Source of the DNA: Negaprion brevirostris
Lineage: Eukaryota
DNA length: 64,000 nt
Direction: 5' to 3'
Assembly (NCBI GenBank): GCA_030324005.1
Contig: JARDVH010000031.1
Location: 38,609,614-38,673,613 of the forward strand
Under the pieces are notes generated by a model that saw only the letters and a program-made list of their open reading frames with translations, did no database searches and was not told where the DNA came from. Made by a program: the position numbers and the translations under genes. Numbering within the stretch: position 1 is the first letter of the stretch; every line of letters starts with the position of its first letter. This document shows positions 49,801 through 61,800 of this stretch, piece by piece.

Positions 49801-51654
49801 TGCCCTGTCCATTTGGATGAAGGATGAAACAACAGAAACTATAGTACTTATGAGGGAAATGAAGGCCAGATGTAAACCAAGCATACCTTTACATAAAAGA
49901 GAAATAATATTTGGTTTTCTATTCAGAAAAGGTACCGCCCAATTCAACGCTGATTTTCGAAGTTGAACTCTATGCTGTGAGACGGGGGCCAAGGAGTGTG
50001 GAATCTTTTAAGATGATTGATTTGGATGGTGATAAAAAGCTTTCCCGTGATGAGGTATGCAAATTTTTTTTGGAAAGGTTGGTTATAGTTATGAAAATAT
50101 TTGAAGTCTACTCTTATGAAAAATGGTGTGTTAAATTTTTTTGAAAGCAAGACATTACCATTTTGAACTGATTCATGTAAGTAACAATATCATATTGGTA
50201 CTAAAGTAAAGACTAACGGTAGGCGAATGCTTTGCGCTGCAACTGCATGCCAAAAATGGGTAATGTTCTATTTCAAGCATTATCACTGTGATGCACATAA
50301 TGCAATTTCAACTAAAATCATTTCAACCTATAGTGCCTGTTCCCGATCTTCTTCCACTTAAGTTTATGGCAGTGCATTTCAAACCAAAGCTCCTATTTTA
50401 ACAAAGAAAGTTTATTCATGTCATCTCTGGTTCTTTTGTCAATCACCCTTTTAAATCTGTGTCCTGCTGCCAATCTAATAAAGCTTTTCTGCTCTCCAAG
50501 GCCTTGACATCCTTCCTAAAGATGTGGTGCTCAGAATTGAACACGATACTTGACTGAAGGCTAACCAGAGTTATGAAGGTTTAGCTTACTTTTGTACTCT
50601 CTTAATAAAGTCTAAGGATCCATATGATTTTTTTTTAAACAGTTTTCAATTTGTCATGCCACCATCAAAGATTGATGTGTATGTATAGACTCCTAGCTCC
50701 CTCTTTTCCTACACTCCCTTTAATTGGTACCGTTAAGTGTCCTTATTCTTCCGACCAAAATATTATCACTTCACGTTGCTCTGCATTAAGTTTCATCTGC
50801 CCATTTTACCAGTCTATATTTGTCTTACTTTTTCATGGGATGTGGGTTTCACTAGCTAGACCAGCATTTATTGCCCATCCTTAACTGCTCTTGAGAGTGG
50901 TGATGAGCAGTCTTCTTGAATCGCTGCAGCCATGTGCTGAATGAACATCCACAATGCTGTTAGGAAGGATGTTCCAGGATTTTAACCCAGCAACAGAGAA
51001 GGAACAACAATATAGTTCCAAATTAGGAAATGAGTATTGCAGGTCGTGGTGTTCCTATCTCATGAGTCTGGAAGATGCTGTCAAAGTTTCTGAATTTCTG
51101 CAGTGCGCCTTGTTAATGGAACACACTGCAGCCACTGCGTCAGTGATAGAGTGAATGTTTCTGCATGGACTGCAGACTAAGAGAGCTGCTTTGTCCTGTA
51201 TGGCACTGTTCTCATCCAGACAAGTGGAGAGTATTAACTCTTGACTTGGTGCCTTGTAGATGGTGGACAGGCTTTGGAGAGTCAGAAAGGAAATTACTTT
51301 CTGCAGAATTCCCAGTCTCTGACCTGCTCATGTTGCATAGCTAGTTCGGTTTAATTTCTGGTTAATGGTAACTCTAGGATGTTGGGGATTTAGTAATGGT
51401 AATGCCATTGAATGTCATAGAGAGGTGGCTAGATTCTCCCTTGGTCATTGGCATTTTGTGGCTAATGTTACTTGCCACTTCCAATCTCAAGCCTGTATGT
51501 TGTCTGGGTTTTGCTGCAAATGGACACAGACTGCTTCACTAATTAAGCAGTTGCAAATCGTGCCACATATCTTGTACTCTTTATTGAATGTCCCCATTTC
51601 TGACTTTTGATGGAAGGAATGTCACTGATGAAGCGGGCAACAATGGTTGGGCAT

Positions 51655-51710
<56 letters not shown>

Positions 51711-53403
51711 CGGGGGGGGGGGGGGGGGNNNNNNNNNNNNNNNNNNNNNNNNNNNNNNNNNNNNNNNNNNNNNNNNNNNNNNNNNNNNNNNNNNNNNNNN
51801 NNNNNNNNNNNNNNNNNNNNNNNNNNNNGGTATGACTCCAACCAGTGGGGTGTTTTCTCCTGATTCCCATTGGCTTCAGTTTTGCTATAACTCCTTGATG
51901 CCACACTCGTCAAATGCAACCTTTATGTCAAGGGCAGTGACTCTCACTTTGGTTCAGCTTTAACTGTCCACATTTGGACCAAGACTGCAATTATGTCAAA
52001 TCCTGGTGGCCGAAACTGAGCGTTAGTGAACAAATTATTGCTGAGCAAATGCTACTTGATAGCACTGTCAAGGACATTTTCCGTCACTTTGCTGATGAGC
52101 TCATCCTGCAATCAATTACTATCCTCCTCATTGTTTACCAACTTTCCTATAAATAACAAAGTTTTGAAATTATATCCTGTATATTCAAGCCCTGATCACT
52201 AATTTATATCAAAAAGAGCATTGGTCAAAGTCTGACTCCTCAGGGACATGACACTGTTAATCTCTTTACTGTCCCTTACAACTGTTCAACATTATTCTAT
52301 TTTCTGTTCCTTAACCAATTTCATATTCGCACTTAAAAGCTAGCAAAATTGAAGTCAAGGTTCACTAATGTCTTTTAGGGAAGGAAATCTGCTGTCCTTA
52401 CCTGGCCTGGCACTTCCATCTAGAAGGACAAAGGCAGCAGATAAAAGGGAATACCACCACCTGCAAGCTCCCCTCCCAGCGACTCATCAACCTGATTTGG
52501 AAATATATCACTATTCCTTTGCAGTCACTGGGTCAAAATCGTGGAATTTCCTCCCTAACGGCATTGTGGATCAACCCATAGAACATGGACTGCAACAATT
52601 CAAGAAGGCAGCTGACCGCCACCTTCTTGAGGGCAATTAGAGATAGGCAATAAGTGCTGGCCAGCCAGTGACGCCCATGTCCCACAAATGAATAAAAAAA
52701 AACTTCCCTGTGTGTGTTACAGTTCACTCGGGTAGTCCAAATTCTGGTAAACATTTTACTCGTGTGTTGTAGTTTGGAGCTATGGTTAATGATGGTAGGG
52801 AACTTTCTTTCTATTACATGACTAACAAGAAATCTGTTCTATTACATGGCTACAAGGAATCTGTCTTGCTTTTACCACCTGCCAAGCTATGTGTTGGAAG
52901 GATATGCAGTTTGACACTTAACCTATTTGGCCAGATTATGAACGCACCTTCCTTAGTCACCAAGTCTTGGGGTGGACTAGCTCAGAAGCAGGGATGCTAC
53001 CTACTGTACCACAAGACCATATCATTCATATTGTTATGTCTTTAATATCATAGGCTTTAATTTTGCTCACTCGTCTTATTGTGTGGTACTTCACCTATTA
53101 TACTACCCTTCGCCACATTACCCTCAACTTTCTACTTCATTGAAAAATTTGATCAAGTTGATTTTCATATCATTCTTACAAGATCTATAATTGCCTTACT
53201 TCAAACCAGATTTGAAATAAATTCTCCTTTATTAATTTCAGCTGAAGATGTATTTGCAAGAGGAATTTAAGAAAGATACTAGGAACCAAGATCCTAGTTA
53301 CAAAGATCGCGTCCTCACTGATATACTCCTAAAAAATGATCATGACGGAGATGGCTACATTTCTGCCAGGGAGTACAATGTTTTTCAGCATGATGAGCTG
53401 TAG
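40631..53403 (+). CDS. FKBP7: Peptidyl-prolyl isomerase FKBP7 (ER-resident, EF-hands, HDEL), 4 exons, ~214-217 aa
   Basis: Signal peptide, [13 protein letters not shown]...[31 protein letters not shown], two EF-hands, C-terminal HDEL*; exons 40631-40842, 46186-46337, 49927-50054, 53242-53403 in frame. Confidence 0.95.
40950..41460 (-). mobile_element. Penelope-like 3' end fragment in FKBP7 intron 1
   Basis: aaagcaaaatactgtggatgctggaaatctgaaat...catctgtgatgagagaaacaggagttaa, same tail as at 37050 and 39830-39930. Confidence 0.55.
41500..43190 (+). mobile_element. CR1 LINE (RT region to 3' end, gapped)
   Basis: [10 protein letters not shown]; [23 protein letters not shown]; [11 protein letters not shown]...DLIETYRIL; tail tgctcctgtgtcttatagtct. 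Confidence 0.85.
44838..45132 (+). mobile_element. tRNA-derived shark SINE (HE1-like)
   Basis: ggacggcatggtggcacagtggttagtactgctgcctc...gggtttgattccc; possible TSD acttgta. Confidence 0.8.
45411..45630. repeat. Palindromic Penelope-tail-derived short element
   Basis: aaaatgctggaaaattttagcgg...gaaagaaccaagctaacttga | tcaaaattagctctgttctttctcc...gctgagattttcca, inverted arms. Confidence 0.6.
46186..46337 (+). CDS. FKBP7: FKBP7 exon 2 (152 nt)
   Basis: ctacag|TCGT; [46 protein letters not shown]; AGAG|gtaata. Confidence 0.95.
46445..47770 (-). mobile_element. CR1 LINE fragments (at least two copies)
   Basis: [13 protein letters not shown]...[13 protein letters not shown]; [25 protein letters not shown]...NQHGF. 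Confidence 0.85.
49095..49297 (-). pseudogene. Diverged full-length U2 snRNA-like element in FKBP7 intron 2
   Basis: Reverse strand cttggtcttttggctaagttcaag matches U2 CTCGGCCTTTTGGCTAAGATCAAG at 21/24; colinear weaker similarity to the rest of U2. Confidence 0.65.
49927..50054 (+). CDS. FKBP7: FKBP7 exon 3 (128 nt)
   Basis: attcag|AAAAG; [42 protein letters not shown]|gtatgc. Confidence 0.95.
50830..52110 (-). mobile_element. L2/CR1-type LINE 3' fragment
   Basis: catgggatgtgggt...ccagcatttattgcccatcc tail; gccttgtagatggtggacag; reverse [10 protein letters not shown]-like RT motif near 51920. Confidence 0.6.
52355..52702 (+). mobile_element. Deu-domain/L2-tailed SINE (SacSINE-like)
   Basis: ggttcactaatgtcttttagggaaggaaatctgctgtccttacctgg...ggcaataagtgctggccagccagtgacgcccatgtcccacaaatgaataaaaaaaaa. 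Confidence 0.65.
53242..53403 (+). CDS. FKBP7: FKBP7 exon 4 coding to TAG
   Basis: tttcag|CTG AAG ATG TAT...[22 protein letters not shown]. Confidence 0.95.
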   Translation: MKMYLQEEFKKDTRNQDPSYKDRVLTDILLKNDHDGDGYISAREYNVFQHDEL

Positions 53404-53649
53404 CATTTGTGCTCTTAATATGTTTCGTATCAACCTGACTGAAATACAGTTTTTTCAGTAGTACTATTTGAGTATTTTAATACTTGCCTTGTTACTTCAG
53501 AATACAAAATATTTTTGTCAAAATGTTGATCTTTTGATACATAGAAGTTATCTTAAGCCTAATATTGTGATTAAAATTCAAAGACTGTGGAACTGGCTCA
53601 CTCTAGTGTTCGTATTTAAAAAAATATTGGATTGTACAATGACCATTCA

Positions 53650-53655
53650 AATAAA
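53650..53655 (+). terminator. Probable FKBP7 polyadenylation signal
   Basis: First AATAAA, ~250 nt after the stop codon. Confidence 0.5.
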
Positions 53656-54668
53656 TGTTTTGAAATAATCAGCTGTAATCTCATGTCTTATTTTCGTATA
53701 TTGACTGTCTGTTACCTACTTGTTGAAATTATTGAAATTGCATAACTAATTATTGCCTTTAGAAAATGCAAGCTAGTGTGTGAAAAGTTGCAGGAGCTAA
53801 GGGAACTTAGGTTGTGAAAATAAAATTATCCTTTGTATTGTTCAGCCGTTCCTTGCTAGGGGCCCCATAAATCTGCCAACCAAAGAAAGCATATTTTCTG
53901 CCTCCAATATAATTGGTAACACAGTGCTTTCTTTAATGGACAGAAGTGGAACCGAAGCTTGTTGACTAAACACCGTCAGGTTTGCCTGCTGAAGAGAACA
54001 AAGTTCAAGGAGTATAGCAAGGTGATGGTCCCTGAGTAAGTGCAGCCCCTTTTAAGGATAATTGCTCATGGGAATAGGAGGACACTTCCCCAGCCAGGTA
54101 AGCATAAATAAAGTTTGGATAAAATGAGTGAATGCCAGATACAGCCATTAGAGGGCACTGACTCCACGGTACAAAGATCACTGAGTGAGGACAGGGTAAT
54201 CATGTGAGAATCACAAAAGGTTCAGATTGACACCACTTGGTTGGGATTCCCAGTGTTTGGGAAGTAATTTACAATTCCAAATAGATCTTATCACCTGCGA
54301 GGTAACTAGACAAATTTGTTTCCGTTTTAATGCAAAAAGATTAGTCTCCAGCTATATTATGTATACCTACACATGTCTACTCTTATGCCCAGAATAATAA
54401 CCATCTGTGTCTAAGACCAATAATTTCTATCCACATGAGTTCAAATTCTGGTTTTCCTACTTACCCAGCAATTTATACATCCTAAGTGTGCAAAGTTCAG
54501 CTTTTTCATACAGGTAGCTAGTATGTCTAGGAGGAATGCAGTTCAGATACTGGGAGAGCAGAATAATCACAAATTGCAACCTTACAAGTGGTTATGTATG
54601 GTGAATTAATGGACTTTTGTTTACTTAAATTCCCCTGGGATTTCAGATTAGAGTGATTGACGGGGTCA

Positions 54669-55410
54669 TGTGATATTGTGGTTTATGTGCAATCCTGGAT
54701 CTGAAGCAGAGAAAGAAAAATGCTTTTGCAGAAAGAACATAAGAAATAGGAGCAGGAGTAGGCCATCTAGCCCCTCGAGCCTGCCCCGCCATTCAATAAG
54801 ATCATGGNNNNNNNNNNNNNNNNNNNNNNNNNNNNNNNNNNNNNNNNNNNNNNNNNNNNNNNNNNNNNNNNNNNNNNNNNNNNNNNNNNNNNNNNNNNNN
54901 NNNNNNNTAGTCCTACTGTCCTTTCTGAGCGGGAAGAGCCTCTCCACCTCTATCCTATCCATCCCATTCATCATCTTATACGTAGGAGTGGAGTTTGGCT
55001 GCTCTAGTTAAAGTTTTGCAGGCTTCTGAAAGCTCTATATATCTCTGAAAACTCTAAGGTTGTCTGCACTCATAGGAAGTATATGAGTGATTGCTAACTA
55101 TATTTAAAAGGGGGTTTTATGTCTAAGAAGGATGTTGCTTATTTGGAACTGAAATAGTGATACTTTAGAGATTAGAGTTGTTTCTGTTCATGTTTAAAGA
55201 GTGTTCAATTGTTAAGAGTTAAGCTGTTTCATTTTGTTAGAGTCATATTTAAATTGTGTTATGAATAAAGCTTGCTTTAATAAAAAGATCCCTAATTTGT
55301 CAGTGGAATTGCTCTTGGAGTGAAGCATCCTTTCTTCACATTTATGCCAAAATAGAAAACCCGTTACGGTCTAGTCTGGCTTCATAATATACTTTGGGAC
55401 TCTAATAATA
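54669..55410 (+). mobile_element. LTR of the same family as 30453-31251, with a CR1 3' fragment inserted at ~54734-54980
   Basis: 55217-55400 aligns with the reverse complement of ~30485-30670 (ccctaatttgtcagtggaatt, ggagtgaagcatc, cacatttatgccaaaatagaaaa, gtctagtctggcttc). Confidence 0.7.
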
Positions 55411-57573
55411 GCAATTTCCTGTCCTTATACTACATCAATCCTCTTTGAACTGGAACAATGGGCACCCAATGTTGCATTTATCTGCTTTGTTCATTGATCA
55501 TTTACAAACAGTAAATCGTTGCCAACATTAAGTTTCAGTGACTTATTAATGAGTCACTTTCCACAGTAAGTAATGACACAATAAGTATTTCCCTAAAAAC
55601 CTAATTAATAGTTGTAAGTGGATATAGATACAACTTCTGTACAAATGTATGTCTTTGGTACATGTTAATTTCTTGTAACTGGATGTTAACTATAAATGCC
55701 TGATTAATTCCTGGATCAAGGCTCTCCCTGATGAACCACTAGTTGGAGCCTTGGGGCCAACCTATACTATAGTTCTAATAAAGGCATTGTCTGAAACTCA
55801 GTCTTGGTCTGATTTCCTCATGAGTGAGTGAAGTACACCATAGTCGAATAGCTGTATTTTTCTCCCTAACAATTTCATGCACATGCTGATACAGAGAGGG
55901 TAAAGCTGTCATTTGTGGTGCATTGTGTGGTCAGGTACTGGTTAATTGCTACTTTTGTTAAAGCAAAAATCTGTATATTTATATCTGCTTTTAAGACAAC
56001 CTAAAGCAACAGTGGATGGAGTCACAAATTCCTCTGGATAACAAGTCATTCACACTTATGTTGGAAATTAATGGAGTCCACCAGAGAGGTCTAGGTGGCA
56101 GGTGACCCCATACAATTCACAGGAAAGACTATGCGGCCCAAATCCCAGTTACTCAGTGCAGGAATAGATGATACAGGATACCCTACTGATCATGTAAACT
56201 CATTATTGAGCCACAGAAAAGCCATTTTTCCCGTGTCCACTGGGTGGTTCAGAAATTTGGGCAAACTTGTACAGTGCCTGCAGGCCATCCAGAAAATCCT
56301 AATGGGTTTGCAATTAGGCTGTCTAATATCTCTGAAGGCACAATGGACAATTGGATGAATGGCAACAGGGAGGGGGTGCCTGCTAAGACCCCTGCTGCCT
56401 TTATATACAACTACTGTTGTTTGATGACCAATCCCCCCCACCCTCCCCATGGTGCATAACCCATGTCCACATTTGCCTATCTAATGATTTTGCAGNNNNN
56501 NNNNNNNNNNNNNNNNNNNNNNNNNNNNNNNNNNNNNNNNNNNNNNNNNNNNNNNNNNNNNNNNNNNNNNNNNNNNNNNNNNNNNNNNNNNNNNNGCAGT
56601 AATTCTTAATGAAGACTTCACTAAATTTCACACTGCCAGCTATGGTGAGATCGCCAATTGGCATGGTGTTCACAGTTGTTGAACTTCTTCCCTACTGGAG
56701 GCTTAACTCTATGGAAGGCTTATGTTGCACACTCATTGCACTTAGACATAATTAAGTATGTATTGGAGAGCTCACATGCGTTTTCTATCAGTTCTACCAT
56801 CATTGGGCTGAATCCACGTCACCCATGTTAAATTCATCCATAGCTTCAGATTATCTTCCTACAATATAGATATCTTGAAGAAAGTTGGTAGTCTATGGTT
56901 ATCTTTGTGATCATTACTCCCAACTATGAAATCAACCTTAAGCCCCTTTCATTAATATATACAGAATTCCAATTCCAGGAATAAATTCCTTTTCAGCAAG
57001 TAATCCTACCTTGTACCAGTTATTTTCTTTTAATCTCTTGATTTGCCTGTTGATTGCCTTAGGCTGTCCACAACAACAAAAAACCATGCAATGGTCACAA
57101 TCATTCATTACCTCTGAAATGAGACAACTTTGAGATTTTACCAATTGTAGCAAGATCCTTCTAGACCTCAGCCAAAGCTAATGTGTGGCTTCAAGCTTTT
57201 ATGGAATTACCTTCCAGGCATCCTTAACCCTTTTTCTCTGGCCAACTGGCATCTATCACCAAACAGGTGGCCAGGCATCTGTTTGAACAGATGACCTCCA
57301 AGAATCACTCATTGATTCAGCCTTGAAGGGAGTTTTTTTGCACAGCTTGATGGGGATAGCTAGCTTTGGCAATTTTATGAGTTTGCAATAAGTTTCTGTG
57401 GTGTTTCAATGCTGGTTTGGCTGTGTTTGATGGATTGAGACTTTGTTACATTTTCATAGGCTGATCTTAAAAATTTTTCTTGAGTATTTCAAAGACTTGT
57501 GATTATTTGACCTTTTGTTCTCCAATTAATGTATATTGGAAGAGTGTTTCAAAGGCTTAGCAAATGTGAGGGC

Positions 57574-57732
57574 ATTAGTTATTTCACAGTTAGTAGCAAA
57601 AATATCAGTCATGCTGGTAGCCTTTTTATAATAGTCAGCAAAAAATCCTCTAAATAAAGATCTAAGTTTCTGACATCATCAAACATATTTTCATCTGTTC
57701 AAAGATATGGTATCAAAATTTACACTCACTGA
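57574..57732 (-). pseudogene. Diverged partial duplicate of PJVK last exon including its acceptor
   Basis: Aligns with ~58735-58895; tttgaacag|ATGAAAA retained; 1-nt deletion frameshift. Confidence 0.85.
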
Positions 57733-58553
57733 TTCTACAATATGAAGAATGCAGAAGCAGGCTTTATCTACTGGATAAAGTACTCTAGTGTATCTTAATC
57801 CTTATATTGGGCTGGTCTAATTAATGATCTCTTGCGTCTTAAGGAACCAGTCCCATGATTATTGTGTTTTAATAACTATTCAAACATCATTTAATTGAGT
57901 TAGCAAAAGCTTTTAAATTCAGCTGTCAATAAGTTTCCAACACTGCAGCAGGCTTCTCTAAGGTTCACAAACGAACTAACCTGCAGCCTTCAGGAACCTA
58001 CCAACTACCACAAAAATAGCAATTAAGGGGAAAATTATATTTGGAGCAGACATTTAAACAGCAAACTCATTTAAACTGAAAACATGTCACTGTGACCTGC
58101 CATGTGTCCCAACCAAGGGAAAATGCCCTGCACTTTAACTCAACAAACCTTCATGCATTTACAATTTTATTCTTCAATGAATGATTAATCCTTTAAACAA
58201 GTCAACTATTGATATTCATTGCAGTTNNNNNNNNNNNNNNNNNNNNGGAAGATGAAACTGTTTACACAGTCCCTAAAAAGGTGGATGATAAATTTCAAGC
58301 ATGATCCCCAAAAACACATTGACATTACAAATTCGCAGTAATGTTCTTTCGCTAATGGATCGACCCAAGAATTAGTTCTTTATACCATTTCACTACACTT
58401 TAAAACTGCAAATTTGCAAAGGAAAGAGTTCTTTTTACACAAAGTCAAATCAACTTACTGATTTTAAAAACATGAAAAGTGCTACACAAATACTAATATA
58501 GTCTTGCAAATGTGACATCACATCCAGAAATCTAACCCACACCAAAATATATT

Positions 58554-58858
58554 TCACTTTATTCTTTTGTGCCACAAATCAAAGCACGGCACGACATGCA
58601 ATCTCACATATTTCTGCCCATTGAATGAACACTCAAGGCACCCGTATACAGTCTCTCTTCGGGAACTTCCCATGCCACAAAGAGTACAGGGTCCTTTGGA
58701 GATGTTATGGTTGAGGAGATTGACCCGCGTGTGTGCATTATCTCGTAGGTAGTTAGTGGAAATATCAGTCATGCTGCTGGTAGCCTTTTCATAATAGTCA
58801 GCAACTAAATCCTCCAAATAAAGATCCGAGTTTCTGACATTGTCCAACATCTTTTCAT
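58554..58858 (-). CDS. PJVK: PJVK last exon coding part (C-terminal Cys/His zinc-binding region)
   Basis: gaacag|AT GAA AAG ATG TTG GAC...CTLC...CLEC...H...C...KRIK-TGA. Confidence 0.93.
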
Positions 58859-61800
58859 CTGTTCAAAGATACAATAACAAAATTTACATTCACTGAAAAG
58901 ATTAATTTATCACAAGAAGCCTATGGCTTTATTCTACCTCTGATAGTATTGGAAAAGACACCTGTTAACAATAAAACAGTACTGCCAACTGGTGTTCCAC
59001 GTAACATATTTTCCAGTGAGGAACAAAATTAAGTTTCTGCCAGCAATTTATATTGAACAGCACTTTGAGTACAACTAGCACATGGAGCAGGAATTCACAG
59101 GGGAAGTGAAGCAAATAACAGTTGGTCTCATTCCCATCAACACAGCTACTCCCTGCCATCTAGACACCTCTCACTATCACTAGAAGGCTATTCCCATTGC
59201 TGCAGAAACAGAATTGCACAATTTAAAAAAGCTATCGAAAAAATGGCTATTAGGAAGCTAAGTATACCTCAAATACTCAGATATATATTAAAATGGACGC
59301 TTCCAATAGATGCAATTGCAAGTAGGGGGGGTAATATCAGACTTTCTGTCAAAATAGCAAAAGTGAAATCTGCTGCAACTCACATGCAAAAATCACAAGC
59401 TTAGTTCAGCATGATGGAGAACCTCTCTGTCATGGTAAAAATCTGTGCACATTCTACATCAGTAAGTACAAGATATATATGGATCTTCAATGAGTTTTAC
59501 TTAAATTTCTCTTATAATAGTGTTATTAGTCCGTATTTGAGGGGAGACGTACCAGATCTGAATGGACTGCCATAAAAGAAATCCGAAAAGCATCGTCGCA
59601 GCTTCCACACTGAGAATCGGCTCATTAAACCACCCAATTGCTCTGATATTTGTTCTTTTTCAAACCCACCTTCTGATTCAGATGTAACACAAAGTTCTAA
59701 AAGGATACAAATGCAGATTGGTTAGATGATCTTGCTTCATCCTGCCTAACTATAAATGCAATTTTCTTACTACTGATCAGGCTGCATAGCCTCCAACTAG
59801 CAAATGTTTCATTCAATCATTGAGAATTCACGAATTCAAAAAGAATAACACATTTTGGGTACCAGAAAAACATTTTTTTAAAGTTATTAAAATAATGCTC
59901 TGGATTTCTGCCTTATAGTGCAAGTATCAGTAATTGGCTGTGTTCTATATTTAAACTAAATAAACAGAAGCAACTAATTAGTAACCACAGAAATTATCTA
60001 AGGGTGCATTGAAGAATTTGAGCTTTGACAAAGGGTCATCTGGACTCGAAATGTCAGCTCTTTTCTCTCCTTACAGATGCTGCCAGACCTGTTGAAATTT
60101 TCCAGCATTTTCTCTTTTGGTTTCAGATTCCAGCATCTGCAGTAATTTGCTTTTATGTATTGAAGAATTCTTCAGTATTAACTAAAGGTAGTTTTAAAGG
60201 AATACAGACAATACGTTACCTACCAAAATGCCCGTCTAAATGAATGTAGAGTTCAAACACACTAAATGCAATCGTTGTATGAGCTGGAATAACAATGGCT
60301 TTGTCACATCCTTTATGATTCCGTCCATCATCAATCTGAAACTAGAATAGGTATTATAAACAGACCTATCTATCTACTTTTACAGACCAAAATTAAATAC
60401 ATAAATGCTGAAATACTTGAATTTGATTCTTATCAAAAGTATGAAAACCTTTTATTTGTACTATTTTCCCCATGCAATTCCAAGTAATAATATCTCTTTA
60501 CAAACAACACTTGCGGTATACGCAAACAAGTATATTCCTTTAGGATCAGCGGTAAAGCTGGTCGTTCAGAGAGAATTCCAGTATTGGAATCCACAGAATT
60601 TGGCACCTTAACATCAAAATCAGATTAAAAGCTGAATGCTATTTATATTTAAGGGTCAGATAAGTGTTATAACAGCACAAGTCAGATTAAAACAGGCTTG
60701 GATCTGGAGATGAAAATCAATCTCACTAAGTCTTAATACAAGTACAAAGCGTTAATTTATACCATTACACTGCAATAAATAAGAATATGAATTATAATTG
60801 AAAATGAACAATTAATTAATTGTGCAAATTATGCATGTTGTATAATTTACCTTTCTCACATCCTTCCAATGCCAGTGCCAGACATCTCACTCCCCTCAAG
60901 TAACAACCAGCCTTTTCACAGCTAATAGGATCTTAAAGTTTATAGCAAAAGAGATAGAAAATAGATCTCACATCTGATGATTCTATGCGAGGCACTTGTA
61001 CAACTAGATCTAGAGCAGCAGTCCTGGTTGTTCTACTTTGTAAAGGAGAAAGAAGCTTCATGGAAGAAGGTATTGAATGATGTAGAATTCTGACAGAAAT
61101 GGCTCAAATTTAACAAGATGTACAAATTGTTTAGATTTCAGTACACAGAGTGCTGAATATGTGGCATTAACTGCAGAGAGAGGCAGTGGAGGAAATCGAT
61201 AAAAAGAATAGAAGTATTGAATAGTAATTTCTAGGAGTGCACAATTGCGGTATTAGTTTATGGGACTGGAGAGATGGACTGCAGAATTTGTTCCAGTCCT
61301 CTTCATCTCCCAAGATCTATATCTGCTTCTTCATTCTCCACCTGTCTTCCAATACTCTAGCCTCAACCTACTATCCCACCGCTAACTTCCAGTTCCTTTC
61401 TCATCAATGGGGCTGCATGATGGTAACCCACTGCTGCCTCATAACGCCAGGAACCTGGGTTTGAATACTGGCTTGGGTCATATCTCTGAGACACAGACCT
61501 GGCCAATCTCCCAGGATCCAGGAGAGAACAGCTGGAGGTCAAAACTACGCAGGGATGCACGTTCTCCCCTTGTCTGCATGGGTTTCCTCCAGGTGCTCCA
61601 GTTTCTTCCCACCGGCCAAAGATGTGCAGGTTAGGTTGACTGGCCATGCTAAATTGCCCCTTAGTGTCAGGGGTACTAACTAGGGTAAATGCATAGAGTT
61701 ATGGGGAGCGGGCCTGGGTGAGATTGTGGTCGGGGCAGCTGAATGGCCTCCTTCTGCACTGTAGGATTCTATGAACACATTAGCACGTCTCTTGAATGAG

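Noticed and set aside
51656-51728. ~70-nt poly-G run giving poly-Gly/poly-Pro ORFs or a G-quadruplex
   Set aside because: It abuts a gap and interrupts a LINE; typical poly-G sequencing artefact.
15930-56673. Long ORFs made mostly of X
   Set aside because: They only span N gaps.
56938-57153. 71-aa Cys-rich minus-strand ORF in the same frame as the frame-corrected PJVK exon copy
   Set aside because: Several stop codons separate it from the copy and I recognise no homology; compatible with chance.
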